Positions 27,761 to 35,561 are shown, numbered from the stretch's first letter. The stretch: 36,156 nt of DNA from Rhodoblastus sp. (GCF_041915505.1 NZ_JAYSBG010000001.1:1-36156), one strand, 5' to 3'. Notes: generated by a model not told the origin, from the letters alone. Translations and numbers: made by a program.

Positions 27761-28020
27761 GGCGCCTCTCCCGTCTCGGGCCGCACAAAGCCTTCGGGAT
27801 CGTCGGGATCGGGCGGCAGATAGGCGTCGTAGGGATTGCCGTCGGCGAGATGGCCGAAGGGCGTGAAGACGTAATCGCCATTGTCCCGCCCCACGGCGCA
27901 GATGACGTAGCGCGGGGCGCCCGTCACGGCGTCGAGGCACTCCATGAGGGCGAGGGCGCCGTCGCCCGCCGCGCGCAGCAGGGTCTGGAAATTGCTCCGG
28001 GCGTGAGAGGGGATGCTCAT
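27757..28020 (-). CDS. DUF6117-like hypothetical protein
   Basis: NFQTLLRAAGDGALALMECLDAVTGAPRYVICAV...FTPFGHL..GNPYDAYLPP. Confidence 0.75.
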   Translation of the reverse strand: MSIPSHARSNFQTLLRAAGDGALALMECLDAVTGAPRYVICAVGRDNGDYVFTPFGHLADGNPYDAYLPPDPDDPEGFVRPETGEAP

Positions 28021-28433
28021 AGCGGTCCCCCTTCGCCGGCGATGGTCTCGGCGAGCCAGCCATCGGTGTAGATCCAGTCCACGGTCTCGCCGGTGGCGAG
28101 GTCGAGAACGTGCGCGCCGCCCCTGAAGGCGTTGACGCGCGGGCGCGAGCAGGTGTCGGCGTATTGGAAGCCCCAGCGCCCGGTGAGGCCGAATTCTGCG
28201 GCGCAGAGCTTCACGAACTGGATCAGGCGTTCGGGATCGCCGGTCTCCTCGTCGTGCATCCAGAGCTGGGCGCCGCCGTGCTCGGGCTCGATTGAAAGAA
28301 GGAAGCCCTCGGACGGCGGCTCCTCCGATGCGCCTTCCTCAGAGAGTTTGTTGTAGAGATCGAGCGCGCGGGCGGCGTTCTCGGGTGTGCCGACATTGAG
28401 TAGGCACGAGAAATGGGTGAAGTAGTTCGCCAT
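28017..28433 (-). CDS. Hypothetical protein (138 aa)
   Basis: MANYFTHFSCLL...LTGRWGFQYADTCSRPRVNAFRGGA; AGGAG RBS; coupled to the next gene. Confidence 0.8.
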   Translation of the reverse strand: MANYFTHFSCLLNVGTPENAARALDLYNKLSEEGASEEPPSEGFLLSIEPEHGGAQLWMHDEETGDPERLIQFVKLCAAEFGLTGRWGFQYADTCSRPRVNAFRGGAHVLDLATGETVDWIYTDGWLAETIAGEGGPL

Positions 28434-28450
28434 GTCAGGCTCCTGAAACG

Positions 28451-28476
28451 AAAAAGCCCGGCGTGAGGCCGGGCTT
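28451..28476 (-). terminator. Intrinsic terminator
   Basis: Minus strand AAGCCCGGC-ctcac-GCCGGGCTTTTT. Confidence 0.7.
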
Positions 28477-28502
28477 GTGGTGGGGATGAAGGGGAAATGG
28501 GG

Positions 28503-28724
28503 TCAGTAGCCGAACTGCCAGGACGGCCACGGCTGGCCGTCATCGGCTGCGGCAGCAGCGTCCGTCAGGTAAGCCGCATCACCTTCGACGAAGCTCGGAT
28601 CGCGCACCGGTGTTTCGTCAATCACGACGACGCGGCTGACCAAGCCGTCTTCGACCTCGACGTGAACGGGCACGAGATATTGGAAGACGACGCGGCGAGA
28701 AGTGGGCGCGTTCTCTTCGATCAT
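28503..28724 (-). CDS. Hypothetical acidic protein (73 aa)
   Basis: AAGGAGA RBS; RVVFQYLVPVHVEVEDGLVSRVVVIDE...WPSWQFGY. Confidence 0.72.
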   Translation of the reverse strand: MIEENAPTSRRVVFQYLVPVHVEVEDGLVSRVVVIDETPVRDPSFVEGDAAYLTDAAAAADDGQPWPSWQFGY

Positions 28725-28738
28725 GGAATGTCTCCTTG

Positions 28739-28770
28739 AAAAATGGGGGAGCGACTTGCGCCGCTCCCCA
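28739..28770 (-). terminator. Intrinsic terminator after parB
   Basis: Minus strand GGGGAGCG...CGCTCCCC followed by CATTTTT. Confidence 0.6.
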
Positions 28771-28780
28771 CCTGTGCTCG

Positions 28781-30904
28781 TTATTCGGCCGCGATCGCCG
28801 CCAGCTCGTCGTCCTCGTCTTCGAGCGGAGTTTCCTCGTCGCCATCCTCAGTGAGGAAATCCGGCAGCGCCGCGTCGGCGGGCGTCTCCGCGGCCTGGCC
28901 GCCGTCGAGATCCGCCAGGCGCAGCGGTTCGGGCAGCCAGCTGGTGTCGGCCAGCAGGCGCTCGGCTTCCTTGGCCATGTCGCCCTTCTTCAGATGGTCG
29001 ATGAGCTGGGCGGCCCGTTCGCCCGCGCCCTCCCGGACGGCTTCGAGGATGCGGGGCTTGGTGACGCGGCCGAGATAGTTGCCGACCGTCGGCTTCCAGC
29101 CCGCCGCCGCCATGTCGAGGCCGGTGGCGCGCGCCAGCCGGTCGGCCTGCGAGAGGCGGACATCCAGCCCATGCTGACTGACGCCCGATCCGTAAGGGTT
29201 CGGCCGCTCGAACAGCGCGTTCACGCCGAAGCTGACGCAATGGGCGAGCAGATCGAGGCGCGTGCCGGGGTCGAGACACGAGAGCCAGTCCCACAGCGCC
29301 TGGTCGTCTCCGGGGACATGATCGCCCCAGTGCTCGTGCCGCTCGGCGATCTCGCGCGCCGGCGCGCTGTCCTTCAGCTCCTCCGATTGCGCGGAGAAGA
29401 AGATATGACGGACGCTGGCCTCGAGGCAGCCGGTCGGTGCGGTGCGCCGGAAGGTGTCGCTGACCAGCTTGTGCAGCAGCATGGTCATGGCGACGTCGGG
29501 ATGCACGGCGACCGCGTTGCGCAGCGCAAGCGTGCGATGCGCGGTCAGCTCGACGACGAGGCGCTCGGGCAGCGGCTTGACGCCATCGTCCTCGTCGTCT
29601 TCCGGCTCCGCGGCCTGGCCGCCGACGGTGACGACGGCGCGTTGAACGGCGGGCGCGGCCGAATGGCCGGCGCCGCCGTCCGTCTCCGGCGCATCGTCGC
29701 CTTCGGGCTCGGCCGGGCGTTCATCCTCGGGACGGACATAGCCGCGATCCACCGACAGCGAGCCGTCGGCGTCGAGGCTGACGAAGACGCCGGCGATGGC
29801 GATGTCGGCCGGATCGTAGATCGCCGGGCGCTGCTCGAAGGCGTCGAGCGCCTGCTCGATCTCGCCGAGACGCGCGTCGATCTCGTCCGGCAATTCGTCG
29901 GCTTCGGCATATTCGGCTTCGAGCCGGTCATACTCGTCGCGCAGCGCCTCGCGGGTCGCGCGTTCCTCCTCGGTCAGGTCGACCGTGGTCCCGACAAGCT
30001 CCCGAAGCCCGTGCTCATGGCCGTAGGGAAAGCTCAGGGCGGCCTCGACCCATTTCCAGCCTTCGTCCGCGATCTCGTCGGCGACGACCTTGAGCTTCTC
30101 GGCCACCAGGCGGTCGAGCAGGGCCGCGTCTTGCAGCCAGCCGCCATCGTCGGATTGGAACAGGTCGCGCAGCACGACGCCGCCGGCCGCTTCGTAGGCT
30201 TCGACGCCCACGAAGACAGCCCGTTTGTCGGACGCCCGCACCGTAGTCTCGGTCAGCATCCGGCGGATGTGATAGGGCTCCTTCTGCCAGCCGTCCTTGA
30301 TCGTCGCCCAGACCTGTTCCTGGCGGGCATGGTCGGCGCTGACGGTGAAGGCCATGAGCTGTTCGAGCGTCATGCCGTCGTCGGCGTAGATCTCCAGCAA
30401 GGCCGGCGAGACGGAAGCCAGACGCAGGCGCTGCTTCACGACATTGACGCCGACGAAGAAGGCGGCGGCGATGGCCTCCTCGGTCATGCCCTTGTCGCGC
30501 ATGGCCTGGAAGGCGCGGAACTGGTCGAGCGGGTGGAGCGGCGCGCGCTCCATGTTCTCGACCAGCGAGACCTCATCGACGAGGATGTCGCTGTTGGCGT
30601 CGCCGACGACGCAGGGCACGGGCGCGGTCTTGGCCAGGCGCTTCTTCTTCGCCAGCAATTCGAGCGCGCGATAGCGGCGGCCGCCGGCAGGCACCTCGAA
30701 CATCCCGGTTTCGGCGCCATCGGCGTCGAGGACGGGACGGACATGCAGGCTCTGGATGAGGCCGCGCCGGGCGATGGACTCGGCCAGCTCCTCGATCGAG
30801 ACGCCGGCCTTGACGCGCCGGACGTTGGCCTGGCTCAGCACCAGCTTGTTGAAGGGGATGTCGCGCGCCGACGACAGGGTGATCTTCTGAATGGCAGTCG
30901 CCAT
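28781..30904 (-). CDS. parB: ParB/RepB/Spo0J family protein (long ICE type)
   Basis: IPFNKLVLSQANVRR, LAESIARRGLIQSL, AGGRRYRAL, SLVENMERAPLHPLDQFRAF, HTH; ATG at 30904. Confidence 0.9.
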   Translation of the reverse strand: MATAIQKITLSSARDIPFNKLVLSQANVRRVKAGVSIEELAESIARRGLIQSLHVRPVLDADGAETGMFEVPAGGRRYRALELLAKKKRLAKTAPVPCVVGDANSDILVDEVSLVENMERAPLHPLDQFRAFQAMRDKGMTEEAIAAAFFVGVNVVKQRLRLASVSPALLEIYADDGMTLEQLMAFTVSADHARQEQVWATIKDGWQKEPYHIRRMLTETTVRASDKRAVFVGVEAYEAAGGVVLRDLFQSDDGGWLQDAALLDRLVAEKLKVVADEIADEGWKWVEAALSFPYGHEHGLRELVGTTVDLTEEERATREALRDEYDRLEAEYAEADELPDEIDARLGEIEQALDAFEQRPAIYDPADIAIAGVFVSLDADGSLSVDRGYVRPEDERPAEPEGDDAPETDGGAGHSAAPAVQRAVVTVGGQAAEPEDDEDDGVKPLPERLVVELTAHRTLALRNAVAVHPDVAMTMLLHKLVSDTFRRTAPTGCLEASVRHIFFSAQSEELKDSAPAREIAERHEHWGDHVPGDDQALWDWLSCLDPGTRLDLLAHCVSFGVNALFERPNPYGSGVSQHGLDVRLSQADRLARATGLDMAAAGWKPTVGNYLGRVTKPRILEAVREGAGERAAQLIDHLKKGDMAKEAERLLADTSWLPEPLRLADLDGGQAAETPADAALPDFLTEDGDEETPLEDEDDELAAIAAE

Positions 30905-31063
30905 GTTCCTTACTCCGCGACGGGCGGCCGGGAGCCTCTCTCTCGACCTCCAACCCGTCACGAAGCGAAGCGCCGCCCTCTCACTCTCAAGAGGGCCGCG
31001 CCGAAGAGGCGGAAAGGCGTGAAGCCGGAAACCCGCGTCTCCGCCTTTCCGGTTTCAGGATCG

Positions 31064-32011
31064 TCACACCCCGCAGAGGCCCTCGCACTCGTTGGGCCAG
31101 AGATCGAGCTGGCCGCGATCGGCCTCGGTCGAAAGATCGACCTGGTTGAGCGGGACCGCGGAACGGTGGAGATAGACCTCACCACGAATCCCCCGGAACC
31201 CGGTGCGGATGGCGGCATCCACCAACACGGCGTCGGCCCAAGCCTCGGGATCGCGGTCGCGCATCCGCCGCCAATGATCGTCGGAATGGAACGGGCAACC
31301 GATGCAGGCGCTCTTGGGCGGCAGGGGGTAATCGTGCCGATCCAGCCAGCGCAGGCAGTCCTGGCGGGTCATGCCTTGCTCGACCAGTGGCCAGCGGTTG
31401 CGCTGCCATGGTTCGAATGACGGCTTCATGCGCAGCACCTCGTCGAGCGAGATCCCGATCCATTGCTCGGCGACGGGCGCCTTCGGCGAGCGCCGGCCGG
31501 CGATGCCGAGCAGCTCGCGGACCTTCCGGCGGATTGGCGCGATCTTGTAATCGCCGGTGCATTGACGGCGGATCATGCCGACCCCGACCCGTTCGGTCGG
31601 CACGATGCGGGAGCCGACGGCGACGAGATCGCCGTTCTCGTCCGCGTCATAGACGGGCAGTTCCGCGCCTGCCGGCGTCACGGTGCGGGTGAAGGCCGGG
31701 ATCGAGGCCCACCGCTCGCCGCGCGCGCCGGCGAGAAGGTCGGCGCGCAGGTCTCCGGCCGAGACGACATGGACGGGGAACGGCAGGACGTTGGGCGATC
31801 GCAGCCAGGCGAGATGCTCATAGACCGCCTTCGGCTCCCAGCCGGTATCGGCGAAGATCGCGCAATCCGGCATGGGGCCGACTTCGCCGTGCGCGGCCAT
31901 CAGGGCGAGCGTGGTGGACTGGACGCCGGCGCCCAGGCTGAGGACACGCAGGCGGATGGACGCCTGCTGTTCGGCGGACGGCGTCAGAGCGGGGAAAACG
32001 GGGGCGTTCAT
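31064..32011 (-). CDS. PP-loop adenine nucleotide alpha-hydrolase / PAPS-reductase-like protein
   Basis: VLSLGAGVQST, IFADTGWE, RQCTGDYKI, WIGISLDE..R, PL, KSACIGCPFH, C-terminal ECEGLCGV; ATG overlaps the ardC stop. Confidence 0.8.
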   Translation of the reverse strand: MNAPVFPALTPSAEQQASIRLRVLSLGAGVQSTTLALMAAHGEVGPMPDCAIFADTGWEPKAVYEHLAWLRSPNVLPFPVHVVSAGDLRADLLAGARGERWASIPAFTRTVTPAGAELPVYDADENGDLVAVGSRIVPTERVGVGMIRRQCTGDYKIAPIRRKVRELLGIAGRRSPKAPVAEQWIGISLDEVLRMKPSFEPWQRNRWPLVEQGMTRQDCLRWLDRHDYPLPPKSACIGCPFHSDDHWRRMRDRDPEAWADAVLVDAAIRTGFRGIRGEVYLHRSAVPLNQVDLSTEADRGQLDLWPNECEGLCGV

Positions 32012-32961
32012 CACGCCGCCTCCCGTTCGTCGTCGGACAGGCCGACATCGGCGTCGGGCAGAAACCCGAGCAGCCAGTCGGCCGCCTTGCTCGCCTGGGA
32101 GGCGGCGCGGACGATGGCGCGATTGTCCTCGCGCAGCACTTCGAGCCAGGAGCCGATGTAGTCGGCATGGCGGACGGTGGGCGTGATGCCGAGCGAGGCA
32201 CAGCAGAAGGCCGCGTTGATCTCGGCGACCAGCTCCTCGAAGGCGTATTTCTTCGAGCCGAAGGAGCCCGACAAATCGCGGTTCAGGCGCGAGGGGTGGC
32301 CCGTGGCGTGCCCCAGCTCGTGCAGGGCCGTCCGATGCCAATTGATCGGCTCGAAATACACCTGGGGTGTCGGGACTTGCACATAATCGGGCGCCGGGGC
32401 GTAGAAGGCGCGGTCGCCGCCGATGCGGAAGTCGATGCCCGTCGCCCGGATCAGGGCCTCGACCTTCGGCTCGATGAGGCCGGGCGGCGGCGGCGGCGCG
32501 ACGATGGCGACGTCCTCCGGCAGGCCGTCGCATTGCGCCGCGTTGAACACCGTGAAGCGCTTGAGGAACGGGATCGCCGCGGCTTCCTCGCCGGTCTCGC
32601 GGGCGCGCCGCTTCTCGTCCTCCGGCGTGAAGCGGTCGGCATGGACGACGGTCGTGCCGTGTTCGCCCCGGCGGACATTGCCGCCCAGGGACAGGGCCTG
32701 GCGGAAGGTGAGCCAGCTCTGGCCGGGGAAGCCGTGCTGGATCACCGCGCCCCAGAGGATCAGCACATTGATCCCCGAATACTGCCGCCCGGTCGCGGCG
32801 TTCCTCGGCATGGCGAGGGGCGCCTTGACCGAGGCCGATCCCCAGGGCTGGACCCAGGGGAAGCGGCCTGCCTCCAGCTCGGCGATGATCTTGCCGGTGA
32901 TGTCGTCGTAAAGGCTCGCCCGGTCGGGACCGGCGCGCCGATTGCGGTCATTCCTGAACAT
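32011..32961 (-). CDS. ardC: Antirestriction protein ArdC (DUF1738 ssDNA-binding + zincin-like domain)
   Basis: LYDDITGKIIAELEAG.FPWVQPW, YSGINVLILW, WLTFRQA, LHELGHATGH.SRL.R, YAFEELVAE, HADYIGSWL. Confidence 0.93.
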   Translation of the reverse strand: MFRNDRNRRAGPDRASLYDDITGKIIAELEAGRFPWVQPWGSASVKAPLAMPRNAATGRQYSGINVLILWGAVIQHGFPGQSWLTFRQALSLGGNVRRGEHGTTVVHADRFTPEDEKRRARETGEEAAAIPFLKRFTVFNAAQCDGLPEDVAIVAPPPPPGLIEPKVEALIRATGIDFRIGGDRAFYAPAPDYVQVPTPQVYFEPINWHRTALHELGHATGHPSRLNRDLSGSFGSKKYAFEELVAEINAAFCCASLGITPTVRHADYIGSWLEVLREDNRAIVRAASQASKAADWLLGFLPDADVGLSDDEREAA

Positions 32962-33147
32962 CGCGGTTCTCCGCGACGGGCGCCGGAGACCTCTTCTCCA
33001 GCCCTCAACCCGTCACGGAAACCCGGTCCGCACTCTCACTCTACAGGGGGCGTTGCGGGGCTCTCCCCGCAGAAGGGGGCGGCCGAGACCCTGGCTCGGC
33101 CGTGGGGGAAGCCTTTCCCCGTATCCGGTCTGTTCTCAATGGCTTCC

Positions 33148-33184
33148 TTGAAAACTGTCAGAAACTCGCGTATATTTCCGACAG
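33148..33184 (+). promoter_or_regulatory. AbiE operon promoter with overlapping operator
   Basis: TTGAAA(33148)-N17-TATATT(33171); inverted repeat CTGTCAGAAA-N10-TTTCCGACAG. Confidence 0.7.
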
Positions 33185-33194
33185 GAGAAAGGCG

Positions 33195-33788
33195 ATGACA
33201 CGGCTGACCGAACAGATTCTGGCGCATGCGGCGGGGCTTGCCGAAGGCGCCCCCGTGTCCGCCAAGGGCCTGCTTCACCTCGGCAACCGGGCGGCCGTGG
33301 ATCAGGCGTTGTCGCGCCTGGCCGAGCGCGGGCAGCTCATCCGCGCCGGTCGCGGCGTTTATCTGCGTCCCATCGCCAGCCGGTTCGGCGCGCGCACGCC
33401 GTCGGTCGAGCAGGCTGTCGAGGCGCTCGCCACCCAGAAGGGAGAGATCATCGTCTCGAACGGCGCCGCGGCGGCGAACGCCCTCGGCCTGACGACGCAG
33501 GTGCCTGTCCGCTCGGTCTATCTGACGTCCGGGCGCAGCCGGACGATGCACCTCGGCAAGCAGGTCGTGGAGTTGCGGCACGCGCCGCGCTGGCAATTGG
33601 CCCTGGCCAATCGGCCGGCAGGGGAGGCCGTGCGGGCGCTGGCCTGGCTCGGCCCGGAAAAGGCGGAGGCCGCGCTCACGACCTTGAAGCGGAAGATGCC
33701 GCCCGGCGTGTTCGGCGAGCTGGTCGCCGCCGCGCCTCAGCTTCCGACATGGCTCGCACAGAGCGTCGGAAAGGCGGCTTATGGCTGA
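33195..33788 (+). CDS. Type IV TA antitoxin, AbiEi-like (DUF6088)
   Basis: AVDQALSRLAERGQLIRAGRGVY, GAAAANALGLTTQVP; overlaps the toxin start. Confidence 0.87.
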   Translation: MTRLTEQILAHAAGLAEGAPVSAKGLLHLGNRAAVDQALSRLAERGQLIRAGRGVYLRPIASRFGARTPSVEQAVEALATQKGEIIVSNGAAAANALGLTTQVPVRSVYLTSGRSRTMHLGKQVVELRHAPRWQLALANRPAGEAVRALAWLGPEKAEAALTTLKRKMPPGVFGELVAAAPQLPTWLAQSVGKAAYG

Positions 33789-34797
33789 CGTCTTTCTCCA
33801 GCTCTCGGCCGGGGACCGGCGCGACGCGCTGGGCGTCGCGGCCGACCGCTCGGGCCGTCCTGCCCATCTTCTCGAAAAGGATGTGTGGGTGGTGTGGGCG
33901 CTGGCGACCCTCTATGCCGCGCCGCTCGGCGAGCATCTGGTGTTCAAGGGCGGCACGTCGCTGTCGAAAGCCTATCGGGTCATCCGCCGGTTTTCAGAGG
34001 ATGTGGATCTGACCTACGACATTCGAGCGATCGCGCCCGATCTGGTCGGGGACGATGGCGAGGGGCTGCCGAAAACCCGAAGCGAGGAGAAGCGCTGGTC
34101 CAGCGAGGTCCGCCGGCGGTTGCCGGTCTGGGTCGCGGAGATTGTGCAGCCCGTGATCGCGAAGGCGCTGGCCGCCGAAGGTCTGGCGGCGGCTATCCGC
34201 GTCGAGGATGAGAAGCTCTTCATCGACTATGAGGCGACCGCGGCCGGGTCCGGCTATGTGGCTCCGAGCGTCATGCTGGAGTTCGGCGCGCGCTCGACGG
34301 GTGAACCGGCGAGCCTGCGCGACGTCGTCTGCGATGCGGCTGGCCTGATCGACGGGCTGATATTCCCGGCAGCGCGGCCGCGCGTCATGCACGCGGCGCG
34401 GACCTTCTGGGAGAAGGCGACCGCCATCCATGTCTTCTGCCTCCAGGAGCGGTTGCGCGGCGACCGTTTCGCACGACATTGGCACGATGTCGTCCGGCTG
34501 GACGAAGCTGGCTTCGCAGAAGCCGCGTTCGCCGATCGCGAATTGGCCAACGCGGTCGCTCGGCACAAGTCGATGTTCTTCGCGGAGAAGGCCGCCGACC
34601 GCACGCCGATCGACTACGCAGCGGCCGTCAACGGCGGTTTGCAGCTCGTGCCGGTCGGCGATGGCGCGAAGGCGTTGGAGGACGACTATGCCCGCATGGT
34701 CGATGATGGGCTGCTCTTCGACGACGCCGAACCCTTCGAGGTGCTCATGGCGCGATGCGCGGACATCGCCGCGCGGGCGAACAGCGCGGCCAAATAA
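33781..34797 (+). CDS. Type IV TA toxin, AbiEii/AbiGii nucleotidyltransferase
   Basis: LEKD, LVFKGGTSLSKAY..IRRFSEDVDL, RTFWEK, RHWHD. Confidence 0.92.
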   Translation: MADVFLQLSAGDRRDALGVAADRSGRPAHLLEKDVWVVWALATLYAAPLGEHLVFKGGTSLSKAYRVIRRFSEDVDLTYDIRAIAPDLVGDDGEGLPKTRSEEKRWSSEVRRRLPVWVAEIVQPVIAKALAAEGLAAAIRVEDEKLFIDYEATAAGSGYVAPSVMLEFGARSTGEPASLRDVVCDAAGLIDGLIFPAARPRVMHAARTFWEKATAIHVFCLQERLRGDRFARHWHDVVRLDEAGFAEAAFADRELANAVARHKSMFFAEKAADRTPIDYAAAVNGGLQLVPVGDGAKALEDDYARMVDDGLLFDDAEPFEVLMARCADIAARANSAAK

Positions 34798-34800
34798 GAA

Positions 34801-35238
34801 CTAGGGCTTGCCTTGGGCGTATCCATTGCCGCCCTCGATAGCGCCGGCTGCTCTCATCAGGTCGCCGATGGAGCGCCCGCCGATCCGGCAGGTGGCCACC
34901 ACACGATCGTAGGACTGGTGATTGGCGACGCACTCGGCGTCTCGGCCCATGGCGACCCTTTCCAGCGCGACCTTGGCGTCGGGACCGCCAGGGGAGTGGA
35001 GTTCGGGCGCGTAGAAATCCTCCAGTCGTATCTCCACCCAGTTCGCTGGCCCTTGGCCCACGGCCACGCACAGGGAGTCGCCGTCCCCGACATAGACCAC
35101 GGGGCCGGAGAAGTGCGCGCCGCGATGGAGATACGACGGCATCGGGCCATGGTCAGGAATGGCCTTGCAGGGATCGGCCTTGGCCGCCGTCGCCATGGTC
35201 AGTGCTCCCAGCAACGCCAGGCCGATTGCGATCCGCAT
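34801..35238 (-). CDS. Secreted thermonuclease (SNase-like) family protein
   Basis: Signal peptide ending AKA; VGDGDSL, IRL...APEL, SYDRVVA. Confidence 0.82.
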   Translation of the reverse strand: MRIAIGLALLGALTMATAAKADPCKAIPDHGPMPSYLHRGAHFSGPVVYVGDGDSLCVAVGQGPANWVEIRLEDFYAPELHSPGGPDAKVALERVAMGRDAECVANHQSYDRVVATCRIGGRSIGDLMRAAGAIEGGNGYAQGKP

Positions 35239-35444
35239 AGTCGTGTTCTCACTTCCGCTTCAGGCGCCAGGTCCGGTGACAATCGATGGCATTGATGATA
35301 GAGCTACGTCGTGAAATCGGCGGGATGCACGGACCGAGTCGGATTGTTTCCTGCATTCCTCGCTTGACGATAGTTCCCGAAAGTACGGTTTTTCGGGGTT
35401 TCCGGGAAAAGTCCAGCAATATCAAAAGCCAGCCGTTTTAGCGG

Positions 35445-35533
35445 GACGGCTGACGGTATATTGCGGCAAAAAATATTTTTAATGCCATGATTTCAAAGGG
35501 TTATCCCGCTCATTAATAATAGAGTGGGAATAG
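35445..35533 (+). other. att site: duplicated 3' end of guaA plus arm-type-like repeats
   Basis: ATA GAG TGG GAA TAG (IEWE-stop, 35519-35533) with core GAGTGGGA; TGACGGTATATTGCGGCA at 35451-35468; AT-rich context. Confidence 0.8.
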
Positions 35534-35561
35534 GCCGCTAGCCGCGCCCTCGGGCCGCGGA

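Larger units (their letters stand above)
1..35533. mobile_element. Integrative conjugative element (Tn4371/ICEMlSym-like, trb-type T4SS), right part; left end and integrase lie outside the window
   Basis: Gene order trb-copG-traG-relaxase-slt-traF-parA-repA-xis-DUF2285-DUF736-toprim-helicase-parB-ardC; ends at a guaA 3'-end duplication followed by host-type genes. Confidence 0.92.

Noticed and set aside
28736-31420. 894-aa + strand ORF, and similar long + strand ORFs (2086-4386, 23101-25164, 12156-13406, 7827-8777)
   Set aside because: Antisense shadows of well-supported minus-strand genes in high-GC DNA; no recognisable motifs
31064-32011. Complete Dnd/Ssp phosphorothioation or 7-deazaguanine modification system
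   Set aside because: No partner genes (dndABDE, sspABC, dpdA, queDE, folE) in the window; only a lone PP-loop enzyme
35280-35560. tRNA or tmRNA integration target
   Set aside because: No cloverleaf or T-arm/CCA signature; the guaA fragment explains the boundary
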